Shown in pieces: positions 27,755 to 37,226 of a stretch of 59,281 nt of DNA. A program made the position numbers and the translations under genes. The stretch is from assembly GCA_021817905.1 (NCBI GenBank), contig JAKAFM010000004.1:1-59281 (forward strand), read 5' to 3'. Each line of letters starts with the position of its first letter. The first letter of the stretch is position 1. The notes below the pieces were generated by a model. That model worked only from the letters and a program-made list of their open reading frames with translations. It was not told where the DNA came from and did no database searches. The stretch comes from a bacterium (GTDB taxonomy: Bacteria > Patescibacteriota > Microgenomatia > UBA12405).

Positions 27755-28741
27755 ATGGACAAAATATTTCCAGAAAAGCTTAAACAAGGTGATGAGGTAC
27801 GAATTATCACTCCTTCTAGATCTTTGGCAATAATTAGCAAAGAGAACAGAGAAAATGGAAACAAAAGATTTGCTGAATTGGGGCTAAAACTTTCATTTGG
27901 AAAACACGCGGAAGAAATTGATGATTTTGTTTCCTCATCAATTAAATCGAGAATAGAAGATTTACATAATGCTTTTTCTGACGAAAATGTTAAAGCCATT
28001 TTGACTGTAATTGGAGGATTTAATTCCAACCAACTTTTGAAATACATTGACTGGAATTTAATAAAAAATAACCCAAAAATCTTTTGTGGATTTTCTGATA
28101 TTACAGCTCTAAATAATGCAATTTTTGCAAAGACTAGCCTTGTTACATATTCTGGACCATTTTATTCAACTTTTGGACAAAAATTATATTTTGACTACAC
28201 CCTGGATTACTTCAAAAAATGTTTGATGTCAGAGGAATCTTTTGAGGTAAAGCCAAGCGATAATTGGAGCGAAGATGTGTGGTATAAGGATCAGAACAAC
28301 AGAAAGTTAGTTCAAAATCCAGGCTGGGTGATAATAAATGAAGGAAAAGCCGAAGGGACAATACTTGGTGATAATTTGTGTACTTTTAACTTACTCCAAG
28401 GAACGGAGTATTTTCCCGATTTATCCAATTCGATTCTATTTATCGAGGATGATGAAGAATCAGCCCCTCATAATTTTGACAGAGATTTACAGTCATTAAT
28501 TCATCTTCCGAATTTTCATAAAGTTAAAGGGATTGTGATAGGAAGATTCCAAAAAGCCAGCGAAATGACAAACGACCTGTTAATTCAAATTATAAAGTCT
28601 AAGAAAGAGTTAAATAATATTCCAGTGATTGCAAATTTGGACTTTGGTCATACAGATCCCAAAATGACTTTCCCGATCGGGGGAAATGTAAAAATATCCG
28701 CATCTAACTTAAAAGTTTCTATTATTATAACTAGCCACTAG
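27755..28741 (+). CDS. S66 peptidase (MccF / LD-carboxypeptidase family)
   Basis: IGGFNSNQLL; Ser in GFSDIT, Glu in FIEDD, His in DFGHTDP; Trp-containing loop NWSEDVWY. Has its own TATAAT 5 nt before the ATG. Confidence 0.9.
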   Translation: MDKIFPEKLKQGDEVRIITPSRSLAIISKENRENGNKRFAELGLKLSFGKHAEEIDDFVSSSIKSRIEDLHNAFSDENVKAILTVIGGFNSNQLLKYIDWNLIKNNPKIFCGFSDITALNNAIFAKTSLVTYSGPFYSTFGQKLYFDYTLDYFKKCLMSEESFEVKPSDNWSEDVWYKDQNNRKLVQNPGWVIINEGKAEGTILGDNLCTFNLLQGTEYFPDLSNSILFIEDDEESAPHNFDRDLQSLIHLPNFHKVKGIVIGRFQKASEMTNDLLIQIIKSKKELNNIPVIANLDFGHTDPKMTFPIGGNVKISASNLKVSIIITSH

Positions 28742-28938
28742 TGTTTAATTGCTGTTTCTCGCGAACAAACCAACCATTCGAATTTTGTGTGAATAGTAAG
28801 TCTGTCAATATACCCTGGACATGCTGTATTTAACATCTTTTCAAACCCAGAACGTATCTGGTCAATATCCGGTGCGGGGGATCTTTCTTTATATTCTTCA
28901 AACTCAAACTCAATTTGGTACAGCCCTTCATCTGTAGA
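28738..28938 (-). pseudogene. C-terminal remnant of a gene truncated at 28937 (possibly CYTH-like)
   Basis: Hand translation: STDEGLYQIEFEFEEYKERSPAPDIDQIRSGFEKMLNTACPGYIDRLTIHTKFEWLVCSRETAIKH*. It has no N-terminal start codon and is preceded by an in-frame TAG inside the IS-like end. Confidence 0.5.
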
Positions 28939-28961
28939 CTAATCTACTAAAGATGTGTCAA
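28937..28961. mobile_element. Solitary IS256-family-like terminal inverted repeat (scar)
   Basis: GACTAATCTACTAAAGATGTGTCAA has the GA-N15-TGTGT layout I recall for IS256-family ends. It sits exactly between two truncated genes. No transposase is present. Confidence 0.4.
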
Positions 28962-29207
28962 GTACCCTGTTTGGATGAATTTGTCGGGTGAGCAAGAGAT
29001 AATGGTTTTGAAAATGCTGAAATTGAAGATTTAACTGCGCGGGTATCTGTATCGGTAAATGCTATGGGGGATAATTCAGAAAAAAAGATTAGAGAAGGGG
29101 GTGAAGTGTCAAGCGTAATTGCACAAAGTAGGCGGGCCTGTGTGGCCACTCGAGACTTGTTGAAAGATGGACTTATGGGTTATTTTAGTTTATTACTTAC
29201 TAAATAG
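28962..29207 (+). pseudogene. C-terminal remnant of a probable class I SAM-dependent methyltransferase with an internal stop
   Basis: Hand translation: VPCLDEFVG*ARDNGFENAEIEDLTARVSVSVNAMG...DGLMGYFSLLLTK*. TGA at 28989. GFxxxEIEDLT and GY..L..xK are typical methyltransferase C-terminal features. Confidence 0.5.
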
Positions 29208-29340
29208 TAATAAAATATTTTATGATGTGTTTGAAGTGTCTTCTTTATCTTAATATTATGAGCATACTATTCTTACGAGTTATACTCACAGTAGCAGTGG
29301 TAAAGTTATCATTATTATAGGTAGTATATAGAGAATGGTT

Positions 29341-29427
29341 TTATATACATACCCGATGTGTAATATACATTATAGGCTCTTTAATTATTGATTTAAAGAC
29401 TCAAAAGAGGTAGAATGGCGGATATGA
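29341..29427 (+). repeat. Conserved upstream/promoter block, copy 1 (copy 2 at 35131-35217)
   Basis: Identical 26-nt run TGTAATATACATTATAGGCTCTTTAA at 29359 and 35149. Both copies end GGTA(G/C)AATGGCGGATATGA. Confidence 0.85.
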
Positions 29428-30992
29428 ATGATGGAGAGAAGCTTATTCGTAAATTGTTAGTAGCTGCAACGTTAACAAGTGGTTTGGCGGCATGTGCTCC
29501 CCAACCCAAGGCAGCAACTCCAGAAATTGTTGGAGGAACGGTGACTCCGGTACCTAGTGCCACGGCTCCAGAAACAGCAACAGTAACTGCCAGCGGCACT
29601 CCCCAGGGTTTAGAGATCAGTCCGACGGTGGCTGCCTTAACGGCCACTCCTGAGTCAATAGAAACAGCCACTACAGTACCAAAGGCTTCGTTGGGAGCAG
29701 TGGAAGTTTTAGGAGCTGGTGATTCAACGATGCTGGGAATGGTTGATCAGGCCAGCTTACAAAAGATAGCTGAAAAGATGGGTCCGGGGGTCATTGTTTA
29801 CTTAAAGGCTGGAGTGCCAAGTGGAACAATTGAACAAGTGGGGAGTAACTATCAGGGAGTGATTACCCAAGTTCCCCAAGAGATAATGGTTACTGGGATA
29901 AGCTACTCTTTAAATCTGTCCAATAGTACTCCCTCTAAAGTAGTGGGGGCAGAGTATGTCTCGGCTGAGGGAAAGAAAATCACTTTGGATAATCAATGGT
30001 TAGCAAGCGGATTAAACTCGGCAGTGGATATAGTATATTATTTTCAAGATCAAAAGAACCCTGACCAGATAAAGGCAGGATTATTACTGAAGAATGGAGA
30101 GGTGGTAAAGGGGAATATTGATAAAGTGAAGGAGGCAGTAGATGTGGTTTCCGTTGACCAAATGGAGCCAATCGATGCCTCTAAAAACCCAGAAAAAATT
30201 GCGGCATTACCAGTCAAAACAGCGGTGGAAGCGTGGGTAAAGGGAAAAATCAGACCAGGAGTCGATCAAGGTATAACTAATGTAAATGCTACAAAATATA
30301 AAGATGGAACAGTAAGATTTGGTGTTATTGATACTGAGGACAATGTTATAAAGGGACAATTGTTAGCTACAAATGATTACATGCCGGCTATTATATTGGG
30401 ATTAGATAAAGCGACTGGTAATGGAATTGAAAATGTGGCGCTCGGAATAACGAGGAAAAACTTACAAGGAGAAGATGTTCAAATTGTACTACGGGTTCCT
30501 TTTGATACTTTTATGGACGTTGGTTATGTTGATAATAAGATAGATGCTTCGTCAAGAAAAAATATTACTGACAGGGCAGCATTTTCTGCTGTTTTAGATA
30601 CAAAAGTTGGTTCGGTGGCTTTAGTCGGCTATCTACGAAAATTTGTACCCGGGGTATTTTTAAATGTAATTGAAGTTAAAAAGGTAAATACATCATATAT
30701 TGATAATGATCCAACTATGCAAAAAGAACCGGAAGATGTGCGTAATTGGGCTAAATTGATGCTCATACTTGATGCAAATGCAGGTAAAGATGTTTCTGGT
30801 TACACAGTTCCAGTTTTGATTGATAAGGCACAAAAACAAGTACAACAATATAAAACATTTGATTTACTTTCAGGATTTTTTACTGGAAAAACGGACAAAA
30901 TTCCTGATGGAGATATTATTTTACCAAATTCAACGGTAACAAAGCTTAATTTGAAAAATATCAGTATTGCTGTTCCACACGAAGGTTCATAA
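29415..30992 (+). CDS. Cassette 1 lipoprotein: conserved N-terminal domain plus unique C-terminal domain
   Basis: Lipobox GLAAC and Ala/Thr/Pro linker. The segment IETAT...NGEVVKGN is homologous to 35205-36644. The start may be 29424. Confidence 0.8.
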   Translation: MADMNDGEKLIRKLLVAATLTSGLAACAPQPKAATPEIVGGTVTPVPSATAPETATVTASGTPQGLEISPTVAALTATPESIETATTVPKASLGAVEVLGAGDSTMLGMVDQASLQKIAEKMGPGVIVYLKAGVPSGTIEQVGSNYQGVITQVPQEIMVTGISYSLNLSNSTPSKVVGAEYVSAEGKKITLDNQWLASGLNSAVDIVYYFQDQKNPDQIKAGLLLKNGEVVKGNIDKVKEAVDVVSVDQMEPIDASKNPEKIAALPVKTAVEAWVKGKIRPGVDQGITNVNATKYKDGTVRFGVIDTEDNVIKGQLLATNDYMPAIILGLDKATGNGIENVALGITRKNLQGEDVQIVLRVPFDTFMDVGYVDNKIDASSRKNITDRAAFSAVLDTKVGSVALVGYLRKFVPGVFLNVIEVKKVNTSYIDNDPTMQKEPEDVRNWAKLMLILDANAGKDVSGYTVPVLIDKAQKQVQQYKTFDLLSGFFTGKTDKIPDGDIILPNSTVTKLNLKNISIAVPHEGS

Positions 30993-31034
30993 AGCATTGT
31001 TATCGAGCGGAATATATTATATTCTTACATATAT

Positions 31035-31631
31035 ATGTTCCGGAAGGTTATGGTTTTCGTTGTCGTTCTAGTTGTTGGATTTGTTGTTTATTGGCTATTT
31101 TCTTCACCTTCAAAACATACTAATGCTCAAATAAATGATTGTAATGGTCAGTTTGCTTTAGACAAAACTGTAAAGTCTTGTGGTTTGGTTAGCTTGTCAA
31201 ATAATACTACTAATTATTATGTTGGAATATTAAAGTCTGTAAGAAAAAGTGGTACAAGTTATTATTTGGATCTTGATGTTGGTAGAGTTATTCCGCTTAG
31301 TTTCTTAATATTTGATTCTATAGGGGTTCATACTGGCAGTGATGTAAAATCACCCACAATCATTAAGGCAGACATAATTGCTCAACTTAAGCCGTATATT
31401 GGTCAAAAAATAACATTACTTTCCCCAAATGGAAAGAGTTTTGCGAGTGTATTGAATTCTCTTTTACCAAAAATTCCGCTTACTCAGTCTATTGGGGTAA
31501 GAAATATGATAGGCTATTTAAATCAGTGTGATGGTGAAATGTCAGAAATGAAGACGGGGGATGTAGTTTATACTTATGGTTTTTTAAAAACCGGCTGTAA
31601 TCTACTGGTAAATGATATATATGTTAACTAA
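31035..31631 (+). CDS. Cassette 1 small membrane-anchored protein
   Basis: Single N-terminal TM, 198 aa, four Cys; overlaps the start of the next gene. Confidence 0.75.
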   Translation: MFRKVMVFVVVLVVGFVVYWLFSSPSKHTNAQINDCNGQFALDKTVKSCGLVSLSNNTTNYYVGILKSVRKSGTSYYLDLDVGRVIPLSFLIFDSIGVHTGSDVKSPTIIKADIIAQLKPYIGQKITLLSPNGKSFASVLNSLLPKIPLTQSIGVRNMIGYLNQCDGEMSEMKTGDVVYTYGFLKTGCNLLVNDIYVN

Positions 31632-34600
31632 GTTTGTAAGATTTGGGTTAGTATTTTTATTTTTTCTATTTTTATTTAAATTGTCTGTTTTTGCAAGTTA
31701 TTGTTCTGGAAAAACTACCTGGAATAATAGTTATAATACTTGCGACAGTCTTGGATATGGGGGTTATGTATATTGTAATAGTCATTCGTCTGGTCAATCG
31801 GCTAGCTGTGGAGGTACTAGTACAAATTGTGGTTCATTTGTAATGATTTGTTCTGACTCGTGCAGTGTTAACCAGAGTCAAACGGCGTGTAATATAACTA
31901 GTAATGGATGTGTTCAAAATTGGCAATCATCAAATTGCAGTTCGTGTACTTCAAACTGCAGTAATCCTGGTTCTCATTGCGGTAGTTTTTCTGATGGTTG
32001 CGGAGGATGGTGTACTGGAACACTGACGTGTACTGGTGGCCAAACATGTCAAAACGATAGCTGCGCTTGCCCAAGTGGACAATGTACTGTAAATGGGCAA
32101 TGTACGGCACCTAGCTGTGGTTCGTGGGGTTCGTGTTCAACGGGGTGTGGCAATCATACCCAAACAAGAACAGAAGTCTGCGGAGGCTGCGGTGGGGTTT
32201 TGTCACAGGGTTGCGGGGCCTGCACCGAATGCCAGACCTGCACCCGACAGTGTGGTCAGAGTAAAGATTGTGGAGGCAGCTGTGCCCAAGGTTATGAATG
32301 TACCAATCCCCTGGCGCCGACTAACCCGATTCCTAACAATGCCACTAGTTCACCTTTGGTAATCGCGACTCCAAATATTACTTTACAGTGGAGCGATCCG
32401 GCCAACACGGCTCCGCCTTATAATTTTGATAATTTTGTAGTTAGTGCTGACGGGGCGGTGGTGGGAACATTACCAAACACTCAACATAGTTTTCTTTTCC
32501 CGGCGTCGGGAAGTATGGTTGGTAACCATAAGTATGGCTGGACCGTACAGACGTACAAGGCTGCAAATTGTAATGGTTTGGGATGTGGGGCTAATGGCTA
32601 TAGTCCGGCGGTGGGAGGCTATTTTTGTTACCAAGTGACTCCGGGGGCACCGACCATGGCTAATGGCAATGGAGTAAGCGCCAGTAGCCCGTATGGTTTT
32701 CCGAACACGACCACGGCAAATTTAACTTGGAATTTGGATGAAACTAATCACAGTGCCACGATTAAATATGAAGTGCAAGTGCTTGATTCGTCGGGGAGCA
32801 CGATTTTAGCTTCAACAACAACGACCAATGCAACGATTAACACCTATAGTTTCACTGGTTCTAAGGGGGTGGTCTATAGTTGGAAGGTGCGAGCACTTTC
32901 AACTTCCTGTACCGGAGTGGCATTGCAAGGCCCATGGACAACTGGTTACTTTATCTTTGCAACGCCGCCGATTTTTAATGACTTTAATATTTATAGTGTG
33001 ACGGATACGATGACTAACGGTTATCATGATGGGTCGTTGGTGGCACCTCAAAATACCAGCATTGGTTTTAGTGGAAACCAGATTTGTCAGCAGCCATTCC
33101 AAATGTCAACACACCCGCGAAGTGTTTCGTTTCGAGTAGGGGTCGTTGATAATAGTGGTATTACTAGTATTTCAGAAATTGACATGAGGTTTGTTAACCG
33201 GAGTACCGGGACAGTTTACACTACGGCGAAATTAACTGGTATGGATACGGGTAGTCTTGCTTACAGCTCAACACCCAACATTGGACTTACTTTCTATGAG
33301 ACGCCACACACGATTACGGTAGGGACAACCGAAGTTCAAGCGATTTTCCCATTAACTTTTCCTGATAACTTTAATCCTTTAAATTATGAAATTAATGTTT
33401 GGGCAGTAGATAAATATGGGTTGACAATTGTTAATGGCGGAGGGTCAACACCTGTCCCGCCGGCAACTACCTGTACGGGAATTATGTATTACCTCAGTCC
33501 AGCTTCGCCGGAAAATCCTAATACATCGGTTAATGTTAATATTGACCGGTCAACAGCAACCAGTTGTAGCGGAAATTGGAATAATGTGGGCTTTTTGCTT
33601 GACGGAGTGTCACTGCCGGGAGGGTCGATAGGTTATCTGGACGGCTCAAATACTGGCAGTGGTTATCATTGGCCGATAAATAGTGGTGCGGTTGGAACTC
33701 ATACCATTCAATTTACGGTAAACAACGGAGCTTGTACGTGTAATCCAAATTACTTTTTAACCGTGTCACCGCTGACAGCTGATGGCTGGGTTGATGCTAA
33801 TCGAACCTTTAAATCATGGAGTTGTGCCGTGGCAGTATCGGGTGATGTTTACGATGCCAGTGCCTATTCCTTTACTGACCTGACCAGTTGTTTGAGCAGT
33901 ATTTACACCCCAACCAACTTGTATAGCCAAAACCCGAGTATGTTTAAGACACTGGATTGGCAACAGAACGGAACTAGTTCGAACACCAGTACGACAATTA
34001 GTAATATTTCCCATTATGTAGTTAACGTTGGCTTGACTTGGGGATATCAATATTTGCCACTTTTTAATGCCGATAGCGATATGCCGGGATTAAACCAACA
34101 TATGCGGGTATCAGATACTGGAACCAATGGGGCACCATCACCAGTAACGAATCTTTGTTGGGCGAGTAGTTTTAGTCCATCAATTTTGGATTTGCGAGGG
34201 GCAGTTGGAAGTCAATTTGTGGTCAATCCTTATGCGGATAATCCCAGCGCACAAGTTGACTTTGCGGGAATTAGGAATCAGGATCCATGGTTTCAAGCGG
34301 TTGGCGGTGGAATCCAATCGGATGGAGTGTTGCATAGTGCGGTGCCCGTAACTTGTAGTGTCAGTAATGCCTCAACTCCAGGGAGTTGTTTGCCGGCATT
34401 ATCGATTAGCAGTGCCGGTAATTTGGATAGCGGGGTGGTTACCGGTAAGAGTGGAATTACTAATACTAATGGTTGTGCCACCAACCAATGCTTCAACGGC
34501 TACCCTTCACCAGACCGAAACTGGAGTGTTGCTGGCGCTAATGTTTCAACTGTGGCTAGTGTGGACTATAACAAACTTATTAATCAACTGTATTACCAAT

Positions 34601-35061
34601 CGGGTATTGGATCGACGATGATTTTCAACAGTAATCCCAGTGCTAATACCAATGCCTGGCAAACTATTATTGCGGATCCTAATTATGCCCATCAAGTTTT
34701 GTTTATTGATACTTTAGGCCAGGGATTAACGATTTCTAGTGACTTGACGCTACCGGCTAATTCGTATTCAGTCATGGTGGTTAATGGTGATATTACCGTT
34801 GACCCATCAGTTTCCCGACTGGATGGTATCCTGGTCTCTACGGGAACTATTGCTATCGGAGGGAAAGCTCCCACCGATAATCAACTGGTCATCAACGGAT
34901 CATTGTTTGGCAAGACACTTTCGTTTACCAGAAGCTATACGACGGCTTCTCTTAATAATACCCAACCGGCAGTAAAGATTAACTACCAACCGGGATACAT
35001 GATATTATTACCTCAGAAAGTATTTAGAAATGTGGGCGCTTGGTCACAGGGAGCGCAGTAA
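31621..35061 (+). CDS. Cassette 1 large Cys-rich secreted surface protein (putative adhesin)
   Basis: Signal peptide, Cys-rich N-terminus with TSP1-like WGSCSTGCGNHTQTR, two FN3-like beta domains, and a C-terminal domain shared with 37227-40220. Confidence 0.8.
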   Translation: MLTKFVRFGLVFLFFLFLFKLSVFASYCSGKTTWNNSYNTCDSLGYGGYVYCNSHSSGQSASCGGTSTNCGSFVMICSDSCSVNQSQTACNITSNGCVQNWQSSNCSSCTSNCSNPGSHCGSFSDGCGGWCTGTLTCTGGQTCQNDSCACPSGQCTVNGQCTAPSCGSWGSCSTGCGNHTQTRTEVCGGCGGVLSQGCGACTECQTCTRQCGQSKDCGGSCAQGYECTNPLAPTNPIPNNATSSPLVIATPNITLQWSDPANTAPPYNFDNFVVSADGAVVGTLPNTQHSFLFPASGSMVGNHKYGWTVQTYKAANCNGLGCGANGYSPAVGGYFCYQVTPGAPTMANGNGVSASSPYGFPNTTTANLTWNLDETNHSATIKYEVQVLDSSGSTILASTTTTNATINTYSFTGSKGVVYSWKVRALSTSCTGVALQGPWTTGYFIFATPPIFNDFNIYSVTDTMTNGYHDGSLVAPQNTSIGFSGNQICQQPFQMSTHPRSVSFRVGVVDNSGITSISEIDMRFVNRSTGTVYTTAKLTGMDTGSLAYSSTPNIGLTFYETPHTITVGTTEVQAIFPLTFPDNFNPLNYEINVWAVDKYGLTIVNGGGSTPVPPATTCTGIMYYLSPASPENPNTSVNVNIDRSTATSCSGNWNNVGFLLDGVSLPGGSIGYLDGSNTGSGYHWPINSGAVGTHTIQFTVNNGACTCNPNYFLTVSPLTADGWVDANRTFKSWSCAVAVSGDVYDASAYSFTDLTSCLSSIYTPTNLYSQNPSMFKTLDWQQNGTSSNTSTTISNISHYVVNVGLTWGYQYLPLFNADSDMPGLNQHMRVSDTGTNGAPSPVTNLCWASSFSPSILDLRGAVGSQFVVNPYADNPSAQVDFAGIRNQDPWFQAVGGGIQSDGVLHSAVPVTCSVSNASTPGSCLPALSISSAGNLDSGVVTGKSGITNTNGCATNQCFNGYPSPDRNWSVAGANVSTVASVDYNKLINQLYYQSGIGSTMIFNSNPSANTNAWQTIIADPNYAHQVLFIDTLGQGLTISSDLTLPANSYSVMVVNGDITVDPSVSRLDGILVSTGTIAIGGKAPTDNQLVINGSLFGKTLSFTRSYTTASLNNTQPAVKINYQPGYMILLPQKVFRNVGAWSQGAQ
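34873..35059 (+). repeat. Near-identical 3' end of the large surface genes, copy 1 (copy 2 at 40032-40218)
   Basis: 59-nt exact match between 34873-34931 and 40032-40090, then mostly synonymous differences to the stop. Confidence 0.9.
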
Positions 35062-35130
35062 AGAATCGTATTATAAGATGGTAAATAATAATATTTGTTA
35101 GGTATTTTAGACGGTATATACGGATATACT

Positions 35131-35217
35131 TTATCTACATATTTGATATGTAATATACATTATAGGCTCTTTAAATATTGATTTAGAAGCCTAAAAGGGG
35201 TACAATGGCGGATATGA
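35131..35217 (+). repeat. Conserved upstream/promoter block, copy 2
   Basis: Aligns without gaps to 29341-29427 at an offset of 5790 nt. Confidence 0.85.
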
Positions 35218-36644
35218 GTAATGTGGATCGTGATAGCTCACCTAAGCCCCTGACTAAAATATCCAGAAGGGATTTTTTAAGAATTGGGATGGTAGCAGGC
35301 GCCGGGACAGTATTAGCGGCTTGTGAAGCAGTCCAGAAAAAAATTACTCCAGTGGCTCAATTCATAGATACGGCTACTCCAAAAGCATCAGCAACTGAAA
35401 AAGCATCAGCAACTCCTCAGCCAGCAGCATCAGCAACCGCAGCAAAAGTCATAGAAACAGCCACTCCAGTACCAACCGCTTCTTTGGGAGCAGTGGAAGT
35501 TTTAGGAGCTGGTGATTCAACACCACTAGGGATAGTTGATCAGGCAAGCTTACAAACAATAACGGAAAAGATGGGAGCCGGAGTGACGGTCTATTTGGAA
35601 GCTGATAAACCAAGTGGGACTATTGCCCAAGCAGGAAATGACTATCAAGGAACTATTTCACAAGTGCCAAAGGAGCTAATGGTTAAAGGGATAAAGTATG
35701 CTTTACAGTTATCAAACACACCATCAAAGACACCCGGGATTAACTATCTGTCAACTGATGGGAAGAATACCTCATTAACACTAGACAATCAGTGGGGAGG
35801 TTCTGGTTTGAACGCAGCTGTGAAGACAGTTTTCTTATATCAAACAACCGATAAACCAGATGAAGTTCTGGCAGCAATTGCTTTAAATAATGGAGAGGTG
35901 GTTAAGGGGAATAGTAATAAAGTGAGAGAGGGGCAAGCTACAGCTGAGGCGACAGCGGTAACAGAATTTACGAATGCGCAATTGAGTGAGATATTGTCTC
36001 ACAAAGATGAACATGGTTATTTTAATGACCCACACTGGGTTGAGGCATTACAACAAATTACAGCTCCATTAGGGGGAAAGGATGCTTTAACTTGGATAAA
36101 GAATATAAATACCTTAGCTAAACCAAATTTTGATAATGATGCGTGGTTGAAGGTTAAAGGAAAAAGTAGAAATTTTGGTGGTTATACGCCGGTTAAGTTT
36201 GATACACCTGGAGTTTATTACAATGCAGATGGCGTTACTCCCGTTGGATTTGTTGGTAACATAGAAGGTTTAGTGAAAGGTATGGATACTAAATTAGGTG
36301 GTATTGATAATAATTATGGCGGAATGTTAGTATCGTTTAGTAAAGATGATATGGTGCATACGCTGGTCTTTGCTCCTGATTCTTTTGGAATAAATAATAT
36401 TTCTTTTTTTGATGCAAATAAGCAGAAATATGTACCTGATCGTGATATCCAGAACATGATGAACTTGTACAAAAGTATTGGTGATATTTTGCTTAACAAA
36501 CCTTGTTATGTCATTGCTACCGGTAGAGGAATGATTCCGATCTTACATGAGATTGTTATGGCTTCTCAAGTACAAGCAATAACAGGAGTAGACTTAAAGG
36601 AACTTAAGGATAGGTATGGAGTGTCCACACATATACGTGAGTAA
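35205..36644 (+). CDS. Cassette 2 lipoprotein with twin-arginine leader: conserved N-terminal domain plus unique C-terminal domain
   Basis: ISRRDFLR, lipobox VLAAC, KASAT repeats. 38-nt exact match between 35484-35521 and 29691-29728. Confidence 0.8.
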   Translation: MADMSNVDRDSSPKPLTKISRRDFLRIGMVAGAGTVLAACEAVQKKITPVAQFIDTATPKASATEKASATPQPAASATAAKVIETATPVPTASLGAVEVLGAGDSTPLGIVDQASLQTITEKMGAGVTVYLEADKPSGTIAQAGNDYQGTISQVPKELMVKGIKYALQLSNTPSKTPGINYLSTDGKNTSLTLDNQWGGSGLNAAVKTVFLYQTTDKPDEVLAAIALNNGEVVKGNSNKVREGQATAEATAVTEFTNAQLSEILSHKDEHGYFNDPHWVEALQQITAPLGGKDALTWIKNINTLAKPNFDNDAWLKVKGKSRNFGGYTPVKFDTPGVYYNADGVTPVGFVGNIEGLVKGMDTKLGGIDNNYGGMLVSFSKDDMVHTLVFAPDSFGINNISFFDANKQKYVPDRDIQNMMNLYKSIGDILLNKPCYVIATGRGMIPILHEIVMASQVQAITGVDLKELKDRYGVSTHIRE

Positions 36645-36688
36645 TCGTTGAGTTGTGGTGAGTGTAGATAAAATTATATACTGTTTAG

Positions 36689-37225
36689 ATGAAGCTTTAT
36701 TTTGTCGGGGCTGTGGTTGTAATAATTATTGCCATGTCTTTGTTTGTGGCTTCTCGGTTTTCAAATGATGGTTCTCAAATAATTTATCAGACTACTGGTT
36801 TGAGGTCCTATGATTTGGGTGGAGTGGGAATTTTAAAAAATGCCAATGGGGTTCCTTATTTATTTAAAGGGTTTCTTGAAAGTTGGAATGTTGACGGTAA
36901 CGGAGACATTGTAGTTAAGGCAAGTAGCGGATCTGGGCAAACATTTGAAGGGGTCGTAAAATTGAATCCCAATTTAGGTTTTCAGACACTCTTATTTGAT
37001 GAACAACTGACAAGGTTATTAAACAGCCCGTATGAGATGACCAAAATGGGTAAAATGAGCGATTTGAGCAGGAGCCAGTTAGTCGGAATTTTGAAAACGG
37101 GCCGTTTTATGGCTTTTGGATATGCTCTTCAATTAATAAACAATACCAACGTGAACATTATTATGGAAAACGACAGGCCGGTGATTCGCACTTGTTATAT
37201 TAGAAGTTATGGTAAATTGTTATAG
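36689..37225 (+). CDS. Cassette 2 small membrane-anchored protein
   Basis: Single N-terminal TM, 178 aa. Same position as 31035-31631 but no similarity visible by eye. Confidence 0.75.
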   Translation: MKLYFVGAVVVIIIAMSLFVASRFSNDGSQIIYQTTGLRSYDLGGVGILKNANGVPYLFKGFLESWNVDGNGDIVVKASSGSGQTFEGVVKLNPNLGFQTLLFDEQLTRLLNSPYEMTKMGKMSDLSRSQLVGILKTGRFMAFGYALQLINNTNVNIIMENDRPVIRTCYIRSYGKLL

Positions 37226-37226
37226 T

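Noticed and set aside
28989-28991. In-frame TGA as evidence of a recoded genetic code
   Set aside because: Intact genes here end in TGA (for example at 36644 and 40220) and long ORFs translate normally. The TGA lies in a headless remnant.
28958-29149. 63-aa minus-strand ORF in the track
   Set aside because: It is antisense to the methyltransferase-like remnant, which reads as the real coding frame.
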